Source: a virus. From it: 60,073 bases of DNA. Within the stretch, counting starts at the first letter, position 1. The number at the start of each line of letters is the position of its first letter. The stretch lies in the IMG/VR virus record IMGVR_UViG_3300032087_004980; one strand, given 5' to 3'. Below the pieces are notes generated by a model. The model was not told the origin of the DNA. It worked only from the letters and a program-made list of their open reading frames with translations, and ran no database searches. Below, piece by piece: positions 17,004 through 23,746 of the stretch. The translations under genes and the position numbers were made by a program.

Positions 17004-17413
17004 CGCGCCATGTGTGCAAGCATTCCACATTCACTGATGAGCAAGTCCAAGGCCTCCTCATACATCTGCCTGTACACGTCGTCGTACTCAAGCAGGTTGT
17101 TCGATACGCGGCAACTATTCACAACGGTCGCATGATCACGCCCACCCAGTGTCTGCCCAATCTCCTTGAGCGTAAGGCGTGTGAACTTCCTGACCATGGA
17201 GCAGTATGCGTGCCGCGCAAAGGCCAGTGTCTGCACCCGCGACTTGCTTTTCATCTCGTCTGGGTCTACGTCAAACGAGTTGCAAACTGCTCGCATCGCA
17301 ATGTTTGGGATGTCTGTCTGTTGTTCAGCTCGTTGCTTCACCCTGTACTTCTTGCCTTCGTGTAGGCCAACATAGACCCATGCCCCTGGCGTTAGTTTGT
17401 CTCCGTAATTCAT
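17000..17413 (-). CDS. DnaA domain IV-like HTH DNA-binding protein
   Basis: 137 aa. ..LAFARHAYCSMVRKFTRLTLKEIGQTLGGRDHATVVNSCRV.. parallels the DnaA C-terminal motif (..SLPEIG..FGGRDHTTV..). Confidence 0.6.
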   Translation of the reverse strand: MNYGDKLTPGAWVYVGLHEGKKYRVKQRAEQQTDIPNIAMRAVCNSFDVDPDEMKSKSRVQTLAFARHAYCSMVRKFTRLTLKEIGQTLGGRDHATVVNSCRVSNNLLEYDDVYRQMYEEALDLLISECGMLAHMAR

Positions 17414-17793
17414 GCGTAAATTTTTCTGTCGTGAGTCATCATGACACTGAACTTCTTGCCGTCCATGTTGGGGTTGGTGTCAGTGAACCAGTGAGGATTT
17501 TTGCGCGGGTTGTACTTGTACTGCGTCATGCCGTTGACTGGGGGCGGGATGACCTTGCCTCTGTCTCTGACCTCGACATCCTCGCACGCGACCCATGCGC
17601 ATACGTTCTTGTTTGCACCCTCGAATATCTTTCTTGCCCTGCCTTCGCGATTCCCAAGCTCGCAGTTGAACATGATTATTGAATTGGTTTCAGGGTCTAG
17701 GTATTTCTTGGTGCCGCGCTTCTTGTCGAACACCTGCCACTTCATGTAGTTATCCCCGTTCGCGAGGTGGAATCTCACTCTGTATCTTTTCAT
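17410..17793 (-). CDS. Hypothetical protein (127 aa)
   Basis: ORF with ATG start and ATGA overlap downstream. The N-terminus overlaps the upstream gene by 44 nt; an alternative ATG lies at 17745. Confidence 0.65.
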   Translation of the reverse strand: MKRYRVRFHLANGDNYMKWQVFDKKRGTKKYLDPETNSIIMFNCELGNREGRARKIFEGANKNVCAWVACEDVEVRDRGKVIPPPVNGMTQYKYNPRKNPHWFTDTNPNMDGKKFSVMMTHDRKIYA

Positions 17794-17938
17794 CTTGTAG
17801 TTTTAGTTTCATTTTGGCTTCCCAATCGCGGACCATGCAGTCGAGCATCATCTTGTCTTGCGGGGATGCGGTCAATTCAAATCGCCTCATGCGGGCCTCT
17901 ATCTCCGCCCACTTCTGATCGAGGTACTCGTTAGTCAT
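17750..17938 (-). CDS. Hypothetical protein (62 aa)
   Basis: ATG at 17938 (ORF-track start 17944 is GTG); 8-nt overlap with the upstream gene. Confidence 0.5.
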   Translation of the reverse strand: MTNEYLDQKWAEIEARMRRFELTASPQDKMMLDCMVRDWEAKMKLKLQDEKIQSEIPPRERG

Positions 17939-18305
17939 TTTCACTTACGCGTTTGGTGAGCTTGCGTTCAAGCATAGCAACCTGGTCGTCACGCAGGGCT
18001 ACGATTTCACGCTGCTCACGCCACGCCTTCTTGTACACCTGCGTCTCGTGATACTCCTCATTGTACGCCTTGGACATGTGTTTGAGTTGGCTATTGAGTT
18101 CAGCAATCTCGTCTGACATCAGGGCCATGTTGGTCTTGAGTTCCTCGTTGCGCTCGCCCACCTCTACGTTCTCGTCGAGTAGCTTGTCAGCGTATTGCTT
18201 CATGTTGTTGTATGCGTGTTCAAGCTCATCGACTTCACTCTTGAGTCGTGCCACCTCACGTTCGAGGGCGACTTCATGTCCTGTGTTTACTTTGTATGTG
18301 TGCAT
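17931..18305 (-). CDS. Coiled-coil protein (124 aa)
   Basis: Heptad-rich sequence (EREVARLKSEVDELEHAYNNMKQYADKLLDENVEVGERNEELK..). Confidence 0.7.
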   Translation of the reverse strand: MHTYKVNTGHEVALEREVARLKSEVDELEHAYNNMKQYADKLLDENVEVGERNEELKTNMALMSDEIAELNSQLKHMSKAYNEEYHETQVYKKAWREQREIVALRDDQVAMLERKLTKRVSEND

Positions 18306-18484
18306 TACCAGTCGATTTCTGCGTTATGATTGATTGTTGTGAGGTGTACTTCGTTGGAGAACGGGAGGCTCTGCACAAAGAAGTCGTAGGTGTCGTCTGT
18401 CACGATCACGCCACGCACATCGAGTGTGATGAGCGCGTCGTCTGGGTATTCGTACAAGGCGTCGATGAGTTCAGCTTTTGTCAT
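18305..18484 (-). CDS. Small protein, paralog A of the MTK..L.D.[IL].EYPDDA family (59 aa)
   Basis: Hand translation gives MTKAELIDALYEYPDDALITLDVRG.. It is below the ORF-track size cut-off. TAATG and ATGA couplings on both sides. Confidence 0.55.
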   Translation of the reverse strand: MTKAELIDALYEYPDDALITLDVRGVIVTDDTYDFFVQSLPFSNEVHLTTINHNAEIDW

Positions 18485-18678
18485 TGCTCGTTCTTGATTG
18501 GGCAGAGCCGTAGCTCGTGCATTTTTGTCATTTGATTACCGTCGATGCGTGTCCATGAGATGGGGTCAAACGTGAAGTCGTACAGGTCTTCGTAAAGTGC
18601 GGTGTCATGCACCTCGATTACTACCTCTGCATCGTCAGGATATTCTGCGATGAGGTCAGCCAGTTGTTTCTTCGTCAT
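18481..18678 (-). CDS. Small protein, paralog B of the MTK..L.D.[IL].EYPDDA family (65 aa)
   Basis: Internal ATG of the 82-aa ORF gives MTKKQLADLIAEYPDDAEVVIEVHD.., similar to the downstream neighbour. Confidence 0.6.
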   Translation of the reverse strand: MTKKQLADLIAEYPDDAEVVIEVHDTALYEDLYDFTFDPISWTRIDGNQMTKMHELRLCPIKNEQ

Positions 18679-18784
18679 GGTATTCGTTTTCGAGTTGGTA
18701 AAGGGTGTCCAGAACCTGTTGCAGGTCATACTTGATGTCCGCCACCTTGTGGCAGAGGTCTTCGATGATTTCGTGTCGTGTCAT
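18656..18784 (-). CDS. Mini-ORF (42 aa)
   Basis: MTRHEIIEDLCHKVADIKYDLQQVLDTLYQLENEYHDEETTG; ATGA-coupled to the upstream mini-ORF. Confidence 0.35.
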   Translation of the reverse strand: MTRHEIIEDLCHKVADIKYDLQQVLDTLYQLENEYHDEETTG

Positions 18785-18876
18785 TTGTCTTGGATGTATC
18801 TGATGATGCATAGGATTCCCAGTGCCGTCAGGTACAAGCATAGTCCTGACAGGCAGTAGATGTCGAACGTTGTCAT
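18781..18876 (-). CDS. Hydrophobic mini-ORF (31 aa, single TM)
   Basis: MTTFDIYCLSGLCLYLTALGILCIIRYIQDK; ATGA-coupled on both sides. Confidence 0.35.
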   Translation of the reverse strand: MTTFDIYCLSGLCLYLTALGILCIIRYIQDK

Positions 18877-19283
18877 TGCGCAATCTTGATGTAGATGTCT
18901 GATGGCGCGGTGTCGTAGTACTTGAGCAACGCAGGGCACAACCAGAAAGGGAAGGCCACCATGTCGTCGTCACCCTCGAACTTTGCAACCTTGTAGAAGT
19001 GTCCGTCGTACCCGTCTGCCCCCGTCAATACAGCGTGTACGTCGTGCTCTGGGATAGGGGTAGTGCTGAAGGCGATTGACACATTGGTATTTGTGCCGTC
19101 AATGTGGCGGCCTGAAAGGTGGTCGAACAGGATGTCTGCGCCTGCTACGAAAGGTTCTTTGACAAGGCCTACAGAGTCGTCGTCAAACACCCACATACCT
19201 GCATGGCGGTATGCGTCGAGGGTGTATATGGCGTTGGTTGGCTTTGACTTGGGGCGGATGAGGTTGTCGATGAATGAAAGCAT
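18873..19283 (-). CDS. Hypothetical protein (136 aa)
   Basis: Clean ORF with ATG start, preceded by the CACTCAAAACAC leader motif. Confidence 0.75.
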   Translation of the reverse strand: MLSFIDNLIRPKSKPTNAIYTLDAYRHAGMWVFDDDSVGLVKEPFVAGADILFDHLSGRHIDGTNTNVSIAFSTTPIPEHDVHAVLTGADGYDGHFYKVAKFEGDDDMVAFPFWLCPALLKYYDTAPSDIYIKIAQ

Positions 19284-19304
19284 AGTGTTGTGTTTTGAGT
19301 GTGA

Positions 19305-19508
19305 TTAAGGGAAAAGTCCGTCGAGGTAGAAGTTTTCGTAGGTGTCTCGAACTTGACTCAATTCTTTACGTGAGAGGTATGTGAGAAGGGTACGCAATTC
19401 TGATGCGATTACGTCTGGGTCTTGCTTGGCCATGAACAGAACGTACTCCTCTGCCCACCCTTCTTCGTTCCACAGGCCGTCCTTGCAAAGGTTGATGTCG
19501 TCGCTCAT
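19305..19508 (-). CDS. Hypothetical protein (67 aa)
   Basis: ORF with ATG start, ATGA-coupled upstream. Confidence 0.6.
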   Translation of the reverse strand: MSDDINLCKDGLWNEEGWAEEYVLFMAKQDPDVIASELRTLLTYLSRKELSQVRDTYENFYLDGLFP

Positions 19509-19633
19509 TTTTTTTTGGGTTTGGGTTTAGGCTTTGGGATGGTCACGAAGTGAATGTTGTGCTTCTTGAGTGCTTTCTCCTGCATGTCTGCAAGCTCTTT
19601 TACGAGGTTGAATTGTTTGTTGTCTGCGCTCAT
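19505..19633 (-). CDS. Mini-ORF (42 aa) ending PKPKPKPKKK
   Basis: Hand translation gives MSADNKQFNLVKELADMQEKALKKHNIHFVTIPKPKPKPKKK; ATGA-coupled on both sides. Confidence 0.4.
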   Translation of the reverse strand: MSADNKQFNLVKELADMQEKALKKHNIHFVTIPKPKPKPKKK

Positions 19634-19776
19634 GTGAGATCAAATGCTGTGCCCTTGAAGGCGTTTTCGAGGATGAGTTTGTTGTTGCTGTCTGCATGAT
19701 ACCATGCGTCGATGAGTCGATACATGAAGCCACCGCAGGTCTTCTGTCGCTGCTCAAGTTTTTCGTTCTGTGTCAT
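19630..19776 (-). CDS. Mini-ORF (48 aa)
   Basis: MTQNEKLEQRQKTCGGFMYRLIDAWYHADSNNKLILENAFKGTAFDLT; ATGA-coupled on both sides. Confidence 0.45.
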   Translation of the reverse strand: MTQNEKLEQRQKTCGGFMYRLIDAWYHADSNNKLILENAFKGTAFDLT

Positions 19777-19949
19777 GATTGTGGTGTGATTTCAAATGCT
19801 CGTACTTCGTAGAACTTCTGGTACTCCTCCTTGTAGCTGTCGAGTACTGCTTGGGCACGCCCCTCCCTCTCGAAGAAGGTGTACGAACTGAAGATGTCTT
19901 CAGACGCAGGGTTGCCTGTGGTCTTGTGTGAGATTGCGTATAGAGTCAT
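19773..19949 (-). CDS. Hypothetical protein (58 aa)
   Basis: Internal ATG of the 72-aa ORF, ATGA-coupled to the upstream stop. Confidence 0.5.
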   Translation of the reverse strand: MTLYAISHKTTGNPASEDIFSSYTFFEREGRAQAVLDSYKEEYQKFYEVRAFEITPQS

Positions 19950-20149
19950 GCTTCTTGCTTTTTGGTTTGGAGGTATTGGTCCGCCCTCCAAAGGATTTCC
20001 TGCTTGGAGATTTGAACGTAGATGTCAGGGTTGACGGTTTGTACGAGGATGGTGTCATCGCCTGCCTCTTGAGCGATGTCGTCGATTTCAGCGTGGATGT
20101 CGAGCCGCTCGAACATTGCGAGGGCATCTTGTAGTGTGGACTTGTTCAT
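19946..20149 (-). CDS. Hypothetical acidic protein (67 aa)
   Basis: ORF with ATG start and ATGA coupling. Confidence 0.6.
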   Translation of the reverse strand: MNKSTLQDALAMFERLDIHAEIDDIAQEAGDDTILVQTVNPDIYVQISKQEILWRADQYLQTKKQEA

Positions 20150-20367
20150 GTGTCTTGAGTTTCAAATTGGTAGTCGTCCTCGTCCTCCCACTCCGTGTAG
20201 TAGTAGTATTCGTCGTCGTATGCCTCCTGTGCGGTCTTGTATGATGTGTGCTCCTTGAGCCACCACTCAATACCCACTTCTTCAGAGACGTAGTACTCGC
20301 CATCGCAGATGCAGAACCCCTTGTTCATGCCCTTGCCTGTGACGTCACATTGTCTTGCGTATTTCAT
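20146..20367 (-). CDS. Small protein with a Cys cluster and an extremely acidic/aromatic tail (73 aa)
   Basis: MKYARQCDVTGKGMNKGFCICDGEYY..EAYDDEYYYYTEWEDEDDYQFETQDT. ATG at 20367 is ATGA-coupled to the upstream mini-ORF. Confidence 0.55.
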   Translation of the reverse strand: MKYARQCDVTGKGMNKGFCICDGEYYVSEEVGIEWWLKEHTSYKTAQEAYDDEYYYYTEWEDEDDYQFETQDT

Positions 20368-20474
20368 GTCAATTCGTTTTCGTTTAGGTCGATGCACTCC
20401 TGACAGCATTGGCGTGTTTCTGCCGTCTCGTCTGTTGGAAAGAAGTGCGTCCCGCATATTGAACAAGGTTTCAT
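20364..20474 (-). CDS. Zinc-ribbon-like mini-protein (36 aa)
   Basis: MKPCSICGTHFFPTDETAETRQCCQECIDLNENELT (CxxC ... CCxxC). Confidence 0.45.
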   Translation of the reverse strand: MKPCSICGTHFFPTDETAETRQCCQECIDLNENELT

Positions 20475-20475
20475 G

Positions 20476-20811
20476 TCAGTGTGCTTTGCGGTTGATGTCC
20501 TTGCCTGTCTTGACGGAAACGCTTCCGTCTGCATGCAGGTGGTACTCGTACTCCTCCCACATGTCTGCGTCGATAGGCACAATGCCCCACCCCGTGTCCC
20601 GTGACGGGTCGAGGTTGAACCTGTCTGCATCCCGTGCGCTTGACCGCAGGAGTTGGGCGAGTTTGTATTCAGGGTCGTCGCCTCGCGCCCTTGCAAAGTT
20701 TTTGTTGAACTCCTCAAGCCAAGGGAGGGTGGCTTCTTCGTACCCGTCCCAGTGCTTGTATGCTTTCACGGAGGGCTGTCCCTCCACAATGATGGTTGCT
20801 CGTGTTGCCAT
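20476..20811 (-). CDS. Hypothetical protein (111 aa)
   Basis: Clean ORF with ATG start. Confidence 0.7.
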   Translation of the reverse strand: MATRATIIVEGQPSVKAYKHWDGYEEATLPWLEEFNKNFARARGDDPEYKLAQLLRSSARDADRFNLDPSRDTGWGIVPIDADMWEEYEYHLHADGSVSVKTGKDINRKAH

Positions 20812-20813
20812 GA

Positions 20814-21077
20814 TTAGCTGTATTTTTTGTCGATTCGTTGTTGAGTTTCCTCACAGCACTCTACCCATGCTTGCATATTGATGAGCGAGATTGCGCCTCC
20901 GTCCTCACGTCGCTTGCGCTCGTCTTCGAGGATTTCGTCTTTCTGTGAGATGTAGTGGTCAAGGCCACGTTGCAAGCAGTCGAGTACGACCATCTGCACA
21001 AGTGCGCCGTGCTTGGAGTAGCCCTCCATGAGGTGTTGCATGAACTCCCCGTTCGTCATGTCCTGTGTGTTCTGCAT
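20814..21077 (-). CDS. Hypothetical protein (87 aa), first gene after early promoter P1
   Basis: ATG at 21077 lies ~30 nt downstream of the P1 -7 box and is preceded by the CTCAAAACAC leader. The upstream extension of the ORF runs through the promoter. Confidence 0.6.
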   Translation of the reverse strand: MQNTQDMTNGEFMQHLMEGYSKHGALVQMVVLDCLQRGLDHYISQKDEILEDERKRREDGGAISLINMQAWVECCEETQQRIDKKYS

Positions 21078-21110
21078 GTTGGTGTGTTTTGAGTTGCCGT
21101 CGTTGGCACT

Positions 21111-21144
21111 GCAAAGATATGAACAAATTGTCGAGAATCCAAAT
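21111..21144 (-). promoter_or_regulatory. Early promoter P1 (Bacteroidetes -33/-7 type)
   Basis: Minus strand reads ATTTGGATTCTCGACAATTTGTTCATATCTTTGC, i.e. TTTG-N20-TATCTTTG. 31/34 identical to P2. Confidence 0.7.
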
Positions 21145-21166
21145 TTAATTGGTAAGTCACTGATTG

Positions 21167-21316
21167 TCAGCGGGTTTCGTAGACCTCGTCTAACGTCATC
21201 CGCTTGTTGCGTTTCATGTATGCGGCGTAGTTGTGCAGGTGCCGCTCGTCCTCGAACTCGCGGGTCACATACCACACCCGTCCGTCCCATGTGTTGAACT
21301 TGAGCGTGCGCTTCAT
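21167..21316 (-). CDS. Mini-ORF (49 aa)
   Basis: MKRTLKFNTWDGRVWYVTREFEDERHLHNYAAYMKRNKRMTLDEVYETR. ATGA-coupled upstream; ends just before P1. Confidence 0.45.
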   Translation of the reverse strand: MKRTLKFNTWDGRVWYVTREFEDERHLHNYAAYMKRNKRMTLDEVYETR

Positions 21317-21669
21317 TTGATTGCCAATCGTTTTTCGTTTTGTTTCACGGCGCGCTCAACCGCTTGGTATGCTGAACTCCCGTTGAGGTCGAGCCAAAAC
21401 TCGCCCCAATTATCGCACATGATCATGTATGCGTCACCTGTCGCGGTTGGTGCGTAACCTTCGACGTTGAACCCCATGCGCTTGAGGGTGTTGATGCCCT
21501 GCTTCAGCACGTCTCCCGTGAAGTAGTCGTAGCTGAATGTCCTGCGGGACTTGATGCCTTCGAACCTGTGTGCGCTTGGCTCCGTGATGGTGATGCGCGC
21601 GCCCTTGTGATTGGTTGGTCCGTTGAACTTCACCTTGAACAGGCGGAATTGTGGTGTGTTGTCTTTCAT
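21313..21669 (-). CDS. Hypothetical protein (118 aa)
   Basis: Clean ORF with ATG start and ATGA couplings. Confidence 0.7.
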   Translation of the reverse strand: MKDNTPQFRLFKVKFNGPTNHKGARITITEPSAHRFEGIKSRRTFSYDYFTGDVLKQGINTLKRMGFNVEGYAPTATGDAYMIMCDNWGEFWLDLNGSSAYQAVERAVKQNEKRLAIK

Positions 21670-21851
21670 TTTGAGAAGTTTAGGAGGTTGTCGAGTTGGA
21701 TTTCAAGGCGTGCCACTGCGGCATCTGCCTTGCGTGCAATGTCTGCCTGCACCTTGATGGCGCGCTTGGTGTCTTCGATGAGGTCGTTCCTCTGCGTGAG
21801 GAAGTCCGTGTACGCCCGCTCTGCGGGGTCGAGTACGATGTTTTCGTTCAT
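21666..21851 (-). CDS. Hypothetical helical protein (61 aa)
   Basis: ORF with ATG start and ATGA couplings. Confidence 0.55.
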   Translation of the reverse strand: MNENIVLDPAERAYTDFLTQRNDLIEDTKRAIKVQADIARKADAAVARLEIQLDNLLNFSK

Positions 21852-22003
21852 TTCTGCTTGTTTTTCAAGTATTCAACGGCTTCCGCAATGCTCTGGCACT
21901 GGGGTGTGGGTTCGTGTGTCCCGTCTGCGAAGTGCAACTTGTTGAGTTCAGGGGCATAAGCGTGCCGCTCAAGGCCCAGGAATGGGTGGATGCGCTTGTT
22001 CAT
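21848..22003 (-). CDS. Mini-ORF (51 aa)
   Basis: Internal ATG (MNKRIHPFLG..) is ATGA-coupled to the upstream hydrophobic mini-ORF. Confidence 0.4.
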   Translation of the reverse strand: MNKRIHPFLGLERHAYAPELNKLHFADGTHEPTPQCQSIAEAVEYLKNKQK

Positions 22004-22107
22004 GTGAAAGGGTTTTTGAGGTTCATCCAATCGCTGATGAGTTGGACAATGATGGCCCCGCAGATGCCGCAGGCGGCCCATGTGAAGATGGTTTGGATTG
22101 TTTCCAT
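22000..22107 (-). CDS. Hydrophobic mini-ORF (35 aa, single TM)
   Basis: METIQTIFTWAACGICGAIIVQLISDWMNLKNPFT; TAATG and ATGA couplings. Confidence 0.35.
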   Translation of the reverse strand: METIQTIFTWAACGICGAIIVQLISDWMNLKNPFT

Positions 22108-22241
22108 TATGCGAAAATTTCATTTTCGACGTGCATTTGCTCGTCGCAGGTGAGTGTGTCCCACTCGTGTGTGGTGGTGGCTTGTTCGATTGTCAGCCCC
22201 TCGAACATGGAGGCGATTGCTTGCATACGGATGTGTTGCAT
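22107..22241 (-). CDS. Mini-ORF (44 aa), first gene after early promoter P2
   Basis: ATG at 22241 is preceded by the CACTCAAAACACACACCACC leader, ~45 nt downstream of the P2 -7 box. Confidence 0.45.
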   Translation of the reverse strand: MQHIRMQAIASMFEGLTIEQATTTHEWDTLTCDEQMHVENEIFA

Positions 22242-22287
22242 GGTGGTGTGTGTTTTGAGTGAGTCACCTCCCGCTGTGGAAGGCTCC

Positions 22288-22321
22288 GCAAAGGTATGAA
22301 CAAAATGTTGAGAATCCAAAT
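22288..22321 (-). promoter_or_regulatory. Early promoter P2
   Basis: Minus strand reads ATTTGGATTCTCAACATTTTGTTCATACCTTTGC, i.e. TTTG-N20-TACCTTTG. Confidence 0.7.
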
Positions 22322-22351
22322 CTAATTTGCTTCCCGTTGGTTTTCAGTGAG

Positions 22352-22954
22352 TTAGCGACCCCATCGACGACGGATGGCCACCCATACGGCTGCCTGTAGC
22401 TCGTATCCCTGCACGCCTAGTTCCTGCGCAACCTTGCGCGTTTCCTCCGCGACCGCGTCGTATTGCAGGGGCGTTACCTGTGTGCGGAGTTCTTTGGGCT
22501 GTTTGGAGGCACTTTGGACGGCCCTCATGTGCCACTTGTCCACGGTCACATACGCTCGATCGAGTGCGCACACGTTACGGGCGAACGCATACGTCTTGCG
22601 TGAGGATGGCTCGATTTCTTTGCGCCCCTGCGCAATGGCAAAGGCTTTCAACTTGTTGGCGTCGTAGGTACAGCACTTGACCGCTTCCGCAGGCACGCCG
22701 TCGCGCACCGCCTGCATGACTGCGTGTGCGTCTTGCTTGTTTCGTTCCCAAACATTGTTGGGGGAAAGGGCGGAGATGACTTGCGCGGCACGGGCGGTTG
22801 AGCACTCGAACTCACGCGCAAGCTCTTGGGCGTATGCCTGCGCTTCCGTGTACCATGTGCGCCCGTGTGCTCGCTCGTCAGGGGTGCATTCGTTCCACCA
22901 AAGGCGGAGGTTCTTGCGTATGCGCTTACGCGCTTGTGTGTCCGTGAAGGGCAT
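22352..22954 (-). CDS. Hypothetical protein (200 aa), GC-rich early gene
   Basis: Clean ORF with ATG start and GC-rich codons. No motif I can assign. Confidence 0.7.
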   Translation of the reverse strand: MPFTDTQARKRIRKNLRLWWNECTPDERAHGRTWYTEAQAYAQELAREFECSTARAAQVISALSPNNVWERNKQDAHAVMQAVRDGVPAEAVKCCTYDANKLKAFAIAQGRKEIEPSSRKTYAFARNVCALDRAYVTVDKWHMRAVQSASKQPKELRTQVTPLQYDAVAEETRKVAQELGVQGYELQAAVWVAIRRRWGR

Positions 22955-22965
22955 GGGTCAGTGGA

Positions 22966-23553
22966 TTAGTGAGTGAGGGCTACCACGTCAGCGTAGGTGC
23001 TCACGTCCGCGCTTCCAAGCAGGCGGGTGAGTTCAGCCTGTTGGCCGTCCGTGTACACGCCTCCGTGGCTTTCGCTGAAAGCCCACATGGTGGCAAGGTC
23101 GAAGGCTTGACGCTTGCGGTTGCGGGCACCTGTCTCCCGTGCGGCCTTGCGGGCCGCGTCTACGTCCGCTGTGTGCGCCTCTGCCTGTGGGGTCACGGGG
23201 GTGTCAGGGCGTCCGTGGTAGGTGCGGGCTTGGCGGTCTGCAACCCGTTCGCTTGGGGTTGCCTTGCGCACCTTGGGTGCGCTCTTGCGCTTGGGCTTGC
23301 GCTTGGGCTTGGCCGCCTCCGCCTTCGCAGGGGTGGCGAGCAGGAGGTCAACCAGTTGAGCCTTGGTGAGTCGCATGAGGCTGGCCTTCGTGGGCGTGGC
23401 CGCCTTCGCAGGCTTGCTCGCCTGCTTGCGCTTGGGTGTGCTCGCCTTGAGTTCCGCCTTGAACTTCGCTTTGTTGGCGGCCTTGCGCTCAGCACGGGTG
23501 AACTTGCGCCCTGTGTCTGGGCAGTGTGTGGGGGTGTAGTGGGCAGTTGCCAT
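22966..23553 (-). CDS. Lys/Ala/Pro-rich basic protein (histone-H1-like low-complexity region plus a C-terminal globular part), first early gene
   Basis: ATG at 23553 lies ~37 nt downstream of the P3 -7 box. Sequence ..KAANKAKFKAELKASTPKRKQASKPAKAATPTKA..AKAEAAKPKRKPKRKSAPKVRKA.. The ORF-track N-terminal extension runs through the promoter. Confidence 0.65.
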   Translation of the reverse strand: MATAHYTPTHCPDTGRKFTRAERKAANKAKFKAELKASTPKRKQASKPAKAATPTKASLMRLTKAQLVDLLLATPAKAEAAKPKRKPKRKSAPKVRKATPSERVADRQARTYHGRPDTPVTPQAEAHTADVDAARKAARETGARNRKRQAFDLATMWAFSESHGGVYTDGQQAELTRLLGSADVSTYADVVALTH

Positions 23554-23592
23554 GGGTGAAAGGTTTTGAGTGACTTCGACGTTGAAGCCACC

Positions 23593-23626
23593 GCAAAGGT
23601 ATGAACAACTTGTGGAAAATCCAGCG
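23593..23626 (-). promoter_or_regulatory. Early promoter P3 (conserved -7 box, diverged -33)
   Basis: Minus strand reads CGCTGGATTTTCCACAAGTTGTTCATACCTTTGC. It shares GTTGTTCATACCTTTGC with P2. Confidence 0.6.
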
Positions 23627-23746
23627 GTCTTCTCGTGCGCGATTTCTCCCGCGTGAAGGGTACGTAGTACCCCGCGTGGAAACAGGCGAAGAAGCGTAGC
23701 GTAGCGGGTGGGTGGCGTGGGGGTGTGAAGCCCCCCAAGATTTGGC

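Noticed and set aside
18656-20717. Long ORF-track calls 18656-18988, 19527-19757, 19900-20127, 20088-20303 and 20364-20717 on the minus strand
   Set aside because: They cut across the ATGA-coupled chain of shorter ORFs and translate to low-complexity Thr/Ser/Arg/His-rich sequence. Only their 3' parts were kept, as mini-ORFs, where an internal ATG is coupled to the upstream stop.
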